Virus record (IMG/VR): IMGVR_UViG_3300022752_000016
DNA: 64,000 nucleotides
Reading direction: 5' to 3' (one strand)
Source of the DNA: a virus
Lineage: Duplodnaviria; Caudoviricetes
Made by a program: the position numbers and the translations under genes. The stretch's first letter is position 1. Each line of letters begins with the position of its first letter. The notes under the pieces are model-generated. The model saw nothing but the letters and a program-made list of their open reading frames with translations, did not search any database and was not told the origin of the DNA. This document shows, piece by piece, positions 19,337 to 27,795 of this stretch.

Positions 19337-20211
19337 AATGAGTCCAAAGTTAACTTTATCCCTTGTTCTAATGAAATTTTAGGTTTAAAATTAATTATTT
19401 TTTTTAGTTTGTTAGTATCACACAACCGTCTTGATACACTTCCAATAGGAGCATTATTAAGAATAAGATTTTTATTTATTTTTGCATATCTACAAATTAG
19501 TTCTGCAACTTCTTTAATTGTTCTTTCGTCACTGACCCCTATATTTATAATTTCATTATTACAATTTTGAGTTTCTAGAATATTTACAGTGGCATCAACA
19601 GCATCACTTACATACATAAAACTTCTTGTATTAGAGTGTCCGTACAAATTTAAATCTCCTTTTTTAATTCTGCCATAAAACTCTGGTATAAAGTGATTAA
19701 TTTGTCTTGGTCCATAAACATTATGATACCTCAATATAATAAAGTTTTGTTTTGTTTGATGATATGCAGCATTTACTTGTACCTCATTAGCAATTTTGCT
19801 AGCAGCATAGCTCCAGCGTGGATTAGTTACATCACTTATTGATAAAGGAACTTGTTCGTCTGTAGGAATTTTATAATTAAATGTATCAATTGTGCCTGCA
19901 TAGGTTTCACAGCTACTTGAAAATATAAATTTTTCTATCTTACCTGCATATCTATCAAGTAAATATTGAGTTGGCAATAAATTATTTCTAATTACATCAA
20001 AAGGACGCTGGTAAAAAAATTTGGTACCATTTAATGCTGCTAAATGCACAACAATTTCAACATCGGGTAAATTCTTAACATTTTCCCAATTAGATAAATC
20101 AAGACCTGTTTTAATATCTGCCTTGTGTAAATTATATCCTAAATTTTCTAATTTGTCACACAGATGACTTCCAATGAATCCACAACTGCCTGTAACTAAA
20201 ATTGATTTCAT
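19333..20211 (-). CDS. NAD-dependent nucleotide-sugar epimerase/dehydratase (extended SDR)
   Basis: ILVTGSCGFIGSHL, HLAA, FSSS, YAASK (YxxxK), RYHNVYGPR and RSF.YV.D motifs. Confidence 0.92.
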   Translation of the reverse strand: MKSILVTGSCGFIGSHLCDKLENLGYNLHKADIKTGLDLSNWENVKNLPDVEIVVHLAALNGTKFFYQRPFDVIRNNLLPTQYLLDRYAGKIEKFIFSSSCETYAGTIDTFNYKIPTDEQVPLSISDVTNPRWSYAASKIANEVQVNAAYHQTKQNFIILRYHNVYGPRQINHFIPEFYGRIKKGDLNLYGHSNTRSFMYVSDAVDATVNILETQNCNNEIINIGVSDERTIKEVAELICRYAKINKNLILNNAPIGSVSRRLCDTNKLKKIINFKPKISLEQGIKLTLDSL

Positions 20212-20256
20212 ATATAAATTATTTATAAATATAAATCGACGCTTTAAATAAGTGTA

Positions 20257-20892
20257 ATGAAACCTAAGATAAAAATATTTTTAAATCATCCTGAGTGTAG
20301 TATAGAGTGTGGTGCAGGAATGTACCATGCTCTTAATAAAGATTTTCGTATAGACTTTTTTACAAAAGACGATATTAAACCCAAATTATTTAGAAACTTA
20401 GAAATTATTGCCTTCCCTGGCGGTATTGGTGATAGTGATAAATTTGATAAAATTCTTAAACACAACCAAGATTACATTATTGAATTTGTAAAAAATAATG
20501 GAAGATACTTAGGTATTTGTATGGGTGCTTATTGGGCGGGTAGTCATTATTTTAATATACTTAAAAATGTAGAACCTGTACAATATATTAAAAGACCTAG
20601 GGCAAATATTAAAAGAAGTTACGGTACCACAACAAAAATAAATTGGCTAGGTAACGAACATAAAATGTATTTTTATGATGGCTGTGCATTGATTGGCAAT
20701 GAAAGTAAATTTAAAGTAATAGCAAGATATAGTAATAAAGATCCAATGGCTATCATTCAGAAAAACATTGGGTTAATAGGTTGTCATCCTGAAAGTATGC
20801 CAACTTGGTATAATAAAAAATATCTTTCAGATAAATGGCACAATTACCATCATCATTATTTGTTATTAGACTTCACAAAACGATTATTGTAA
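20257..20892 (+). CDS. Class I glutamine-amidotransferase-like protein (BPL_N family)
   Basis: FPGG, nucleophile elbow YLGICMGAY, and H-P-E triad motif GCHPE. Confidence 0.75.
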   Translation: MKPKIKIFLNHPECSIECGAGMYHALNKDFRIDFFTKDDIKPKLFRNLEIIAFPGGIGDSDKFDKILKHNQDYIIEFVKNNGRYLGICMGAYWAGSHYFNILKNVEPVQYIKRPRANIKRSYGTTTKINWLGNEHKMYFYDGCALIGNESKFKVIARYSNKDPMAIIQKNIGLIGCHPESMPTWYNKKYLSDKWHNYHHHYLLLDFTKRLL

Positions 20893-20920
20893 TACTTTTG
20901 TAATAATAATATGATAGTAT
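20887..20920 (+). promoter_or_regulatory. Pho-box-like 11-nt-periodic repeat TTGTAAT-ACTT-TTGTAAT, then a -10-like TAGTAT 10 nt later, upstream of phoX-pstS
   Basis: Half-sites 20887-20893 and 20898-20904, TAGTAT 20915-20920. This matches the PhoB-box geometry (CTGTCAT-N4-CTGTCAT, about 10 bp before the -10). Confidence 0.65.
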
Positions 20921-20951
20921 ATATGTAAATACGACAACATATAAAAGGAGA

Positions 20952-23168
20952 ATGCGTATGTTACAACAAGTAGTACAAGAAGAAAACACTTCTAACAATG
21001 AGCATATTAATGACATTGTAAATCAAATATTACAAGATCCCAAACGCCGAACTTTTTTAAAAACAGGTTCGGCGTTTTTAACTGCTGCCACAGGCGCAAC
21101 TTTAGCAGGTTGTGCTAGTGGAGATGACACCTTAACTGTGTCACATCTCAATTTTCCTGCTGTAGCTAAAAATATAGCAGATAAAATTACATTACCACCA
21201 GGTTATCAATATTCAATAGTACATGCTACCGGAGATAGACTGACTAGTAGTGTAGGTGCTTATACCAATAAAGGAACTGAAACTGATGATTGGTCTAACA
21301 GAGTAGGTGACCATCATGATGGTGTAGAATTATTTCACCTAGATAGTGCAGGTAAACGTACAAATCAAATGACTGATCGTGCTTTATTAGTTATGAATCA
21401 TGAAAGTTCAGCAGACGCACACTTCTTTCACCCAAATGGACAAACCAGTAATGGAACTACCGGCAAAAAGTACGACCAATTTGGAAGTTGGGATTTAGGG
21501 GTTCGTCCTGGACTTGAAGCATTAAAAGAAATAAATCATCACGGCGTTAGTGTTGTTGAAATTAATAAGAGTAGCAATGGTTGGTCTTATAAATTAGATA
21601 GCGGGTTTAATAGACGTATTACTCCTCAAACAGTAATGAAAATTGCTGGACCTGTTAATGAACTTAGTAACATTAAAGCATTATTAGCAACCAAATATGA
21701 TCCAACAGGTGCTACAAGTCGTGGTACATTAAACAATTGTGGTACAGGCATTACACCATGGGGTACTTTCTTAACATGCGAAGAAAATTGGGCTACCTAT
21801 TTCGCTATGCCTAAAGGTAGCGTTGCTCCAGATGCACGTATGGCGCAGAGCCGTGCTAGATATGGTGTTCGTAACGCAGCTATTGCCGATACTGCCACAA
21901 CAAGTAATACACAAGGATGGCACACTGTAACCGACATGCCCGATACCGCACAAAGATTTAGTCGTTGGGATGTAAGTGTAAAGGGAGCTACAGACAAAGA
22001 TGATTTTCGTAATGAACCACATACGTTTGGTTACATCGTAGAAATTGATCCAACTAACCCAACAAGTCAACCAGTAAAGCGTATTGCTTTAGGTCGTACA
22101 GCACATGAAGCAGCAGTATATGGAAAATTAGTTGCAGGTCAACCAGTAACTTTTTACATGGGATGTGACAGTCGAAATGAGTATATCTATAAGTGGGTAA
22201 GTAATCAACCATGGAATCCAGCCGATGCTAACGGTGGTTTGGCAGCAGGTGACAAATATTTAAATGATGGCAAACTGTACGCAGCTAAATTTAATAATGA
22301 TGGAACTGGTGTATGGTTAGAATTAAGCATTACAAATCCTCTTATTGCAGGATATTCAACTTTTGTATTTAAAAACCAAGCTGAAGTTTATGTTTTTACT
22401 AGACTTGCTGCTGACGCAGTTGGTGCCACCAAAATGGATCGCCCAGAATGGGGTGCTGTAAATCCTGCTAATGGTGAAGTGTATTTTGCTTTAACAAATA
22501 ATAGTTCTGCAAATCGTACGCCTTCTACAGTTAATGCAGCTAACCCACGTAGTTATGCTGATCCAGATGGCAAAAAAGGTTCAGGCAATCCTAATGGGCA
22601 CATTATTCGTTGGCGTGAAGAAACTAGTGGATTTAAGTGGGATATTTTCTTATTTGGTTCAGAAGAGGATAATTCTCAAAGTAATGTCAGCAAACTGACT
22701 GCCAATAATAGTTTTAGTAGCCCAGATGGATTATGGTTTAGTCGTGCTACTGGCTTATGCTGGATTCAAACTGACGATGGTGCATATACTGATGAAGTTC
22801 ATAATCAATTACTTGTTGCTATCCCTGGTAAAGTTGGCGATGGTCAGGCAATTACAGTCAATAACAGTCTAAGTGGTGCTACTGGCACACAAGCAACATT
22901 TGTTGGTGCTGAATTAGGGGAAACTAAATTACGTAGATTCATGACTGGTCCTGCTGGTTGCGAAATTACTGGTATTACTGAATCAGCAGATGGTCGTGCT
23001 ATCTTTGTAAATGTTCAGCATCCTGGCGAAGATACTTCGGCAGCATTTTGGACAGGAGGAGCGCCACAAAGTCAATGGCCAGGTAATGCTAATTATGGGA
23101 TAACTGGTCGTCCTCGCTCAGCCACAATTTGTATTACAAGGGTTGACGGAGGCCTAATAGGCGTATAA
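20952..23168 (+). CDS. phoX: PhoX-family alkaline phosphatase (DUF839), Tat-exported lipoprotein
   Basis: Tat motif KRRTFLK, lipobox LAGC, GDHHDG, MNHE, GTLNNCG.G.TPWGTFLTCEEN, LGRTAHEA, MDRPEW, SPDGL, WIQTD, CEITG and NVQHPGE. Confidence 0.93.
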   Translation: MRMLQQVVQEENTSNNEHINDIVNQILQDPKRRTFLKTGSAFLTAATGATLAGCASGDDTLTVSHLNFPAVAKNIADKITLPPGYQYSIVHATGDRLTSSVGAYTNKGTETDDWSNRVGDHHDGVELFHLDSAGKRTNQMTDRALLVMNHESSADAHFFHPNGQTSNGTTGKKYDQFGSWDLGVRPGLEALKEINHHGVSVVEINKSSNGWSYKLDSGFNRRITPQTVMKIAGPVNELSNIKALLATKYDPTGATSRGTLNNCGTGITPWGTFLTCEENWATYFAMPKGSVAPDARMAQSRARYGVRNAAIADTATTSNTQGWHTVTDMPDTAQRFSRWDVSVKGATDKDDFRNEPHTFGYIVEIDPTNPTSQPVKRIALGRTAHEAAVYGKLVAGQPVTFYMGCDSRNEYIYKWVSNQPWNPADANGGLAAGDKYLNDGKLYAAKFNNDGTGVWLELSITNPLIAGYSTFVFKNQAEVYVFTRLAADAVGATKMDRPEWGAVNPANGEVYFALTNNSSANRTPSTVNAANPRSYADPDGKKGSGNPNGHIIRWREETSGFKWDIFLFGSEEDNSQSNVSKLTANNSFSSPDGLWFSRATGLCWIQTDDGAYTDEVHNQLLVAIPGKVGDGQAITVNNSLSGATGTQATFVGAELGETKLRRFMTGPAGCEITGITESADGRAIFVNVQHPGEDTSAAFWTGGAPQSQWPGNANYGITGRPRSATICITRVDGGLIGV

Positions 23169-23196
23169 AATATCAATCACACACAAAGGAAAAACA

Positions 23197-24201
23197 ATGA
23201 AAAAATTTATATTGGCTCTTGCGACCATATTTTTCGCAATTTCAGCACAGGCACAAATTACAGGTGCAGGTGCTACATTCCCTTATCCGATCTATGCTAA
23301 ATGGGCAGAAGCCTATCAAAAGCAAACAAGCGTCGGTCTTAATTATCAAAGCATTGGTAGTTCGGGGGGAATCCGTCAAATTAATGCCAAGACTGTAACA
23401 TTTGGAGCAACAGATGCGCCAGTTAAAGGTGAAGACCTTGATAAGAACGGTCAAGTTCAATTTCCTGTTATCATTGGCGGTACTGTGCCCGTTATTAATC
23501 TTGACGGTTTTAAGCCAAGTGAACTTCGCATTACAGGTGCTGTCTTGGCAGAAGTTTTTATGGGAAACATTGTTAAATGGAATGATCCGAAATTATCACA
23601 ATTAAACCCAGGTAAAAATTTACCTGATCTTAATATAACGGTAGTGCATCGTGCTGATGGTTCTGGTACAACATTTAATTTTACTGATTATCTAACTGAA
23701 GTAAGTCCTGCTTGGAAGGACAAGGTTGGTAAAGGTGCAGCAGTTAAATGGCCTGCTAATAGTTCTGTTGGTGGAAAAGGTAACGAAGGTGTTGCAGCTA
23801 ATGTTAATAGAGTTAAAGGTGCAATTGGATATGTTGAATATGCTTATGTTAAAAAGAATAACATGAATTATATGAAACTACAAAACAAAGCAGGTAACTT
23901 TGTTGACCCTGATGATACAACATTTGCTGCCGCAGCAGCAGGTGCAGATTGGTTCTCAGTTCCAGGAATGGGATTGAGTATTGTAAATCAAGGCGGCAAA
24001 GATACTTGGCCCATAACAACAGCTAGCTTTATTATAATGCATAAAGATCCTGCTGATAAAAAGGCTAGCCAAGAAGTCATCAAGTTCTTTGACTGGGCAT
24101 TTAGGAATGGTGCCAAAATGAGTGCGGATCTTGATTATGTTCATTTACCAGAGAAATTACAGAATGAAATACGTACAAAAGTATGGACTCAAATTAAGTA
24201 A
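23197..24201 (+). CDS. pstS: Phosphate ABC transporter substrate-binding protein PstS
   Basis: Signal peptide, ITGAGATFP.P.Y.KWA, YQSIGS.GG, FGA.DAP, VHRADGSGTTFNFT.YL, GKGNEGV, IGYVEYAY and WPIT.ASF. Confidence 0.97.
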   Translation: MKKFILALATIFFAISAQAQITGAGATFPYPIYAKWAEAYQKQTSVGLNYQSIGSSGGIRQINAKTVTFGATDAPVKGEDLDKNGQVQFPVIIGGTVPVINLDGFKPSELRITGAVLAEVFMGNIVKWNDPKLSQLNPGKNLPDLNITVVHRADGSGTTFNFTDYLTEVSPAWKDKVGKGAAVKWPANSSVGGKGNEGVAANVNRVKGAIGYVEYAYVKKNNMNYMKLQNKAGNFVDPDDTTFAAAAAGADWFSVPGMGLSIVNQGGKDTWPITTASFIIMHKDPADKKASQEVIKFFDWAFRNGAKMSADLDYVHLPEKLQNEIRTKVWTQIK

Positions 24202-24218
24202 TGTAATAATACTGTAAA
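24201..24218 (+). promoter_or_regulatory. Second Pho-box-like repeat ATGTAAT-AATA-CTGTAAA upstream of the plcP/agt unit
   Basis: Half-sites 24201-24207 and 24212-24218 with 11-nt period; the -10 candidate TAAATT (24231) is less well placed. Confidence 0.5.
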
Positions 24219-24245
24219 CTAATCAAAAGTTAAATTTTGTAAATA

Positions 24246-24274
24246 GTTATAGAGAATCACAAATTCTCTATAAC
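24246..24274 (+). other. 12-bp perfect hairpin with CACAA loop, upstream of the RBS of gene 24295
   Basis: GTTATAGAGAAT-CACAA-ATTCTCTATAAC. Confidence 0.8.
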
Positions 24275-24294
24275 CCACATCAAGGAGTCACAAA

Positions 24295-24519
24295 ATGAAA
24301 CTAGAAATGAGAGCTTGGGATTTAGACGTAAAATTAGAATTACAGGATGATGATGCAGTAGACCAATTACAAGTTTTGGAAGTTGTTAAAAATTTATTAG
24401 ACACACTTTCACAATTTGAAAAAGTCAATGTAGTAATTAAACAAATTGAAGAAACAACAGAAGAATTAGATAATAATTCTGATAACGTTGAAGCAATTAC
24501 TCATACAACAGGTTACTAA
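24295..24519 (+). CDS. Small acidic hypothetical protein
   Basis: RBS AAGGAG; 74 aa. Confidence 0.75.
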   Translation: MKLEMRAWDLDVKLELQDDDAVDQLQVLEVVKNLLDTLSQFEKVNVVIKQIEETTEELDNNSDNVEAITHTTGY

Positions 24520-24535
24520 AAGGTCCCCCAATGAA

Positions 24536-25306
24536 ATGGTTTATAATGCTATCTTTATATCAGATGTACACTTGGGCACAAAAGGATGTAAAGCCGAAGA
24601 ATTAATTAATTTTTTGAAAAACAACACCGCTTCAAAGTTATATCTTATAGGTGATATATTAGACGGCTGGAAAATACAACAAAATAAATGGGTCTGGAAA
24701 CAGACCCATTCCAATGTAATCCGTAGAATTTTAGGTCATGCTAAAAATGGTACAGAAGTTTTCTATGCTATAGGAAATCATGATGAATTTATACGTCCTT
24801 TACTTCCATATAAGATAAGTTTTGGCAAAATTAAACTTGCTAATCAGTTTACACATAATGGTATAGATGGGAAGAAATATTTAGTTGTTCACGGAGATTT
24901 ATTTGATGGAATAACAAGGCTCGCTCCTTGGATTAGTTTTTTGGGGGATAGAGCCTATGACATGCTTCTTTCACTTAATACCACATTTAATCGTATTCGC
25001 CATCGTTTTGGGTTCGGCTATTGGAGTCTTAGCAAATATCTTAAGCACAGAGTCAAACGGGCTATGGATTTTATGTTTAGATTTGAGAATAATATGGCTG
25101 ATTATTGTATTAAGCGTGGGTATGATGGAGTTATATGTGGTCATATACATTATGCCGAAATTAAAACAATAAAGGGTATAACATATATGAATGATGGTGA
25201 TTGGGTAGAAAGTTGTAGCGCACTAGTAGAAAATGTCAATGGAAGTTGGGAAATTATATATTGGACAAAAAAGCAAGATGTGGATATTGTTCCTAGTGGT
25301 AGTTAA
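24536..25306 (+). CDS. plcP: PlcP-like calcineurin-type metallophosphoesterase (phospholipase C of lipid remodelling; often auto-annotated as LpxH); track start 24488, ATG 24536 preferred
   Basis: IFISDVHLGT.GC.A, LYL.GDI.DGW, GNHDEF, YLV.HGDLFD, W+.FLGD.AYD, N..FNR.R...G..YWSLS, GVICGHIH, YMN.GDWVESC.A+VE. The extended motif set matches my recollection of Sinorhizobium/SAR11 PlcP, and the gene sits next to a GT4. Confidence 0.75.
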   Translation: MVYNAIFISDVHLGTKGCKAEELINFLKNNTASKLYLIGDILDGWKIQQNKWVWKQTHSNVIRRILGHAKNGTEVFYAIGNHDEFIRPLLPYKISFGKIKLANQFTHNGIDGKKYLVVHGDLFDGITRLAPWISFLGDRAYDMLLSLNTTFNRIRHRFGFGYWSLSKYLKHRVKRAMDFMFRFENNMADYCIKRGYDGVICGHIHYAEIKTIKGITYMNDGDWVESCSALVENVNGSWEIIYWTKKQDVDIVPSGS

Positions 25307-25463
25307 TACATTTGATACGAATGATGTACCTGGTAGAATCCAATTACAGTTTAAGGATCAACAAAGTTGTGAATTCGCACTGGCTAATATGACAAGTTAT
25401 GTTAAATTTCCTTGGTTTAAAGTAGAGGGTAAATGTGAAAAAAATATTAATAATAACAGATAA
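25278..25463 (+). CDS. Small exported/membrane phage protein (MWILFLVVV...SCE...KCEK) between plcP and agt
   Basis: ATG 25278 in the frame of the 76-aa track ORF; hydrophobic N-terminus and two Cys. Confidence 0.6.
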   Translation: MWILFLVVVNTFDTNDVPGRIQLQFKDQQSCEFALANMTSYVKFPWFKVEGKCEKNINNNR

Positions 25464-26430
25464 TTTACAGGATCAAATAAATGGTGTGGTTACCACTTAC
25501 AAAAATCTTGAAGCGTGTGCGGTTCGTGACAACTATAACATTGTTTATATTACTCCCGATGAGTTCCGCCACTTTGATTGCCCTATCTATAACGAAGTCA
25601 AGATTGCCTTTCCGAGGAAAATGGGCGAGAAGATTGAGGAGATATCTCCACATCATATCCACATCGCCACAGAAGGTCCTGTGGGTCTGTGGGCTAGAGC
25701 ATATCTTACAAAACATAATTATAATTACAATACTGCTTATCATACTAAATTTCCTGAAGGATTACATACCTTGGTTGGACTTCCTGAGTCTATTACTTGG
25801 CGCTATATAAAATGGTTTCATAAACATACAGGAAAAGTTCTTACAACCACTAATTCTATGGTTGAACAATTACAACAAAAAGGATTAAAAAATCTTGTAC
25901 CATGGACTAGAGGTGTTGATAGAGAAATATTTTCTTCTAAATTACGAACAAAAACAGCGGAAAAACTTAATCTTGTCTGTGTAAGTCGAATTAGTAAAGA
26001 AAAAAACTTAGACGATTTTTGTAGTATCGATTATTTTCATGCACATAAAATAATGGTAGGTGATGGTCCTTATCGTAGGGAATTAGAAAAGAAATATCCT
26101 AACGTAGAATTTGTAGGATTTAAAACAGGAGTAGAATTGGCTACATATTTTGCAAACGCCGATGTATTTGTTTTTCCAAGTCGTTGGGAAACATTTGGTA
26201 TCGTTATGATTGAGGCTATGGCGTGTGGTACACCTGTTGCGGCATATCCCTGTCAAGGACCACTGGATGTTGTAGATCATGGGATAACAGGGTTCTTACG
26301 AGATAATCTTAAACAGGCTATTACAGAATGTTTAACATTAGATAGGTATACAGTTGAAAAGCATAGTTTAAAATACAGCTGGGATAAAGCTTGGGAAATT
26401 TTTAAAAATAATTTAATACCATTAAAGTAA
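25435..26430 (+). CDS. agt: GT4 glycosyltransferase, Agt-like diacylglycerol glycosyl/glucuronosyl transferase
   Basis: ILI.TD...Q+NGVV.T, CP.Y.E+++, HIHIATEGP+GL, T.YHT+FPE, WTRGVD, VSR+S.EKNL, VGDGP, DVFVFPS..ETFG+V..EAMACGTPVAAYP. Confidence 0.75.
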   Translation: MKKILIITDNLQDQINGVVTTYKNLEACAVRDNYNIVYITPDEFRHFDCPIYNEVKIAFPRKMGEKIEEISPHHIHIATEGPVGLWARAYLTKHNYNYNTAYHTKFPEGLHTLVGLPESITWRYIKWFHKHTGKVLTTTNSMVEQLQQKGLKNLVPWTRGVDREIFSSKLRTKTAEKLNLVCVSRISKEKNLDDFCSIDYFHAHKIMVGDGPYRRELEKKYPNVEFVGFKTGVELATYFANADVFVFPSRWETFGIVMIEAMACGTPVAAYPCQGPLDVVDHGITGFLRDNLKQAITECLTLDRYTVEKHSLKYSWDKAWEIFKNNLIPLK

Positions 26431-26467
26431 TTAAAAATTAACAATAAAACAATAATTTTTAAATATA

Positions 26468-26496
26468 TTGACTTTCTAATATAAATATTGTACAAT
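26468..26496 (+). promoter_or_regulatory. sigma70-type promoter TTGACT-N17-TACAAT upstream of ahpC
   Basis: TTGACT 26468-26473, TG extension, TACAAT 26491-26496. Confidence 0.65.
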
Positions 26497-26517
26497 TACA
26501 CACACAAGGAGAAAACT

Positions 26518-27111
26518 ATGAAAACAGTTGGAGATGTACTTAAGCCTTTCGCAATGACAGGCGTAAAACCAGGAGCGTTAACCTTAGATAATGCTTTTGA
26601 AACAATCACAGAAAAATCTTTTGAAGGTAAGTGGAAAGTAATCGTTTACTATCCTAAAGATTTTACTTTTGTATGCCCCACAGAAATTGTAGCATATGAT
26701 AAACTTAACAGTGACTTTGCTGACCGTGATGCTGTATTATTAATTGGTAGCACAGATAATGAGTTTTGTAAATTAGCATGGCGTAATGCACATGAAGATT
26801 TGAAAAAAACTAATAGCTGGATGTTTGCTGATACAGCAAGAGAAGCAGATGAGAGTTATAACGTTGAAAGTGATAAATGGGAGCATAAGCTTCCAGAAGG
26901 TTTAGCTCAACAACTTGGTATTTTTTACAAACCTGCAGGAGCAGCATTAAGAGCTACATTTATTGTTGATCCTAATAATGTTATTCAACATGTTACTGTA
27001 AACAATTTAGATGTTGGTCGTAACCCAGATGAAACACTACGCATTTTAGATGCACTACAAACTGGTGAACTTTGCCCATGTAGTCGTCCAATAGGCGGTG
27101 AAACACTTTAA
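26518..27111 (+). CDS. ahpC: Peroxiredoxin AhpC (2-Cys); ATG 26518 after RBS AAGGAG preferred to 26488
   Basis: YPKDFTFVCPTE peroxidatic motif, RATFIVDP, VGRN.DETLR.LDALQ and resolving GELCPC. Confidence 0.95.
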   Translation: MKTVGDVLKPFAMTGVKPGALTLDNAFETITEKSFEGKWKVIVYYPKDFTFVCPTEIVAYDKLNSDFADRDAVLLIGSTDNEFCKLAWRNAHEDLKKTNSWMFADTAREADESYNVESDKWEHKLPEGLAQQLGIFYKPAGAALRATFIVDPNNVIQHVTVNNLDVGRNPDETLRILDALQTGELCPCSRPIGGETL

Positions 27112-27278
27112 TGTTTAAGTATGAAACTCTTTGGGATTTTTACAAAGTAAAATTTTTATTTCTTTTAATTTCTTTTGTAGTAGCAATAATTTTATCAAAC
27201 TATTTGTATAACCATGATAAAGATAAAAAGATGATTGAGTTTCATAAAACATTTATTAAAAAATATTATGGAGAATGA
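27111..27278 (+). CDS. 55-aa single-TM protein between ahpC and ahpD (MFKYETLWDFYKVKFLFLLISFVVAIILSNYLY...)
   Basis: ATG overlaps the ahpC TAA; TGA at 27276-27278; not in the ORF track. Confidence 0.55.
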   Translation: MFKYETLWDFYKVKFLFLLISFVVAIILSNYLYNHDKDKKMIEFHKTFIKKYYGE

Positions 27279-27279
27279 G

Positions 27280-27795
27280 TTGAACTGGATAGATCAAATT
27301 AAAGCAAGCATTCCTGAACATTGTAAGGATAATAAACTTAACCTTGATAGTGTAATGAACCGTAGTGGTTTGGATGAGATAGATGCTCATGGGTGTGCGT
27401 TAGCCGCAGCGATATCTGCAGGCAATGGAGAATTAGCTTATGACATTCAATTAAATGGTCCTTTAAAAGGCACTAAAGAATCTGAGGCAGCAAAAACGGC
27501 AGCAGCGTTAATGGGTATTAATAATGTATTTTATCCATTTATTGAAATGTGTAATGATCCTGATTTAAAAGGATTGCCACCTGGATTGCGTATGAATGCT
27601 TATGCTAACCATGGCGGAGTCAGTAAAAAGCAATTTGAAATGTATGCGTTAGCAGCAAGTATTGTTGGTAAATGTCATTTTTGTGTAAAAAATCATTATG
27701 ACACATTAAAGAAAGAAGGTCTTACCGTTCAGCAATTACAAGCAATCGGTAAGATTGCTAGTGTAATTGCTAGTATTAATAAGATAGCAGTATAA
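27280..27795 (+). CDS. ahpD: Alkylhydroperoxidase AhpD; probable TTG start 27280 (MNWIDQIK...) after GGAG, track start 27235
   Basis: IPEH.KD.KLNL, AA.LMG.NNVFYPF, LRMN, FEMY.LAAS..GKCHFCV..H (CxxC plus His). Confidence 0.9.
   Translation: MNWIDQIKASIPEHCKDNKLNLDSVMNRSGLDEIDAHGCALAAAISAGNGELAYDIQLNGPLKGTKESEAAKTAAALMGINNVFYPFIEMCNDPDLKGLPPGLRMNAYANHGGVSKKQFEMYALAASIVGKCHFCVKNHYDTLKKEGLTVQQLQAIGKIASVIASINKIAV

Noticed and set aside
24536-25306. Annotation as LpxH (lipid A biosynthesis)
   Set aside because: Context (Pho boxes, pstS, phoX, adjacent GT4) and the FLGD.AYD / YWSLS segment fit PlcP better. Not formally excluded without a tree.
18578-27795. Host-genome contamination or misassembly of the metabolic block
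   Set aside because: Low GC like the phage backbone, small phage-type ORFs interleaved, and pstCAB/phoBR absent. Read-level confirmation is still advisable.
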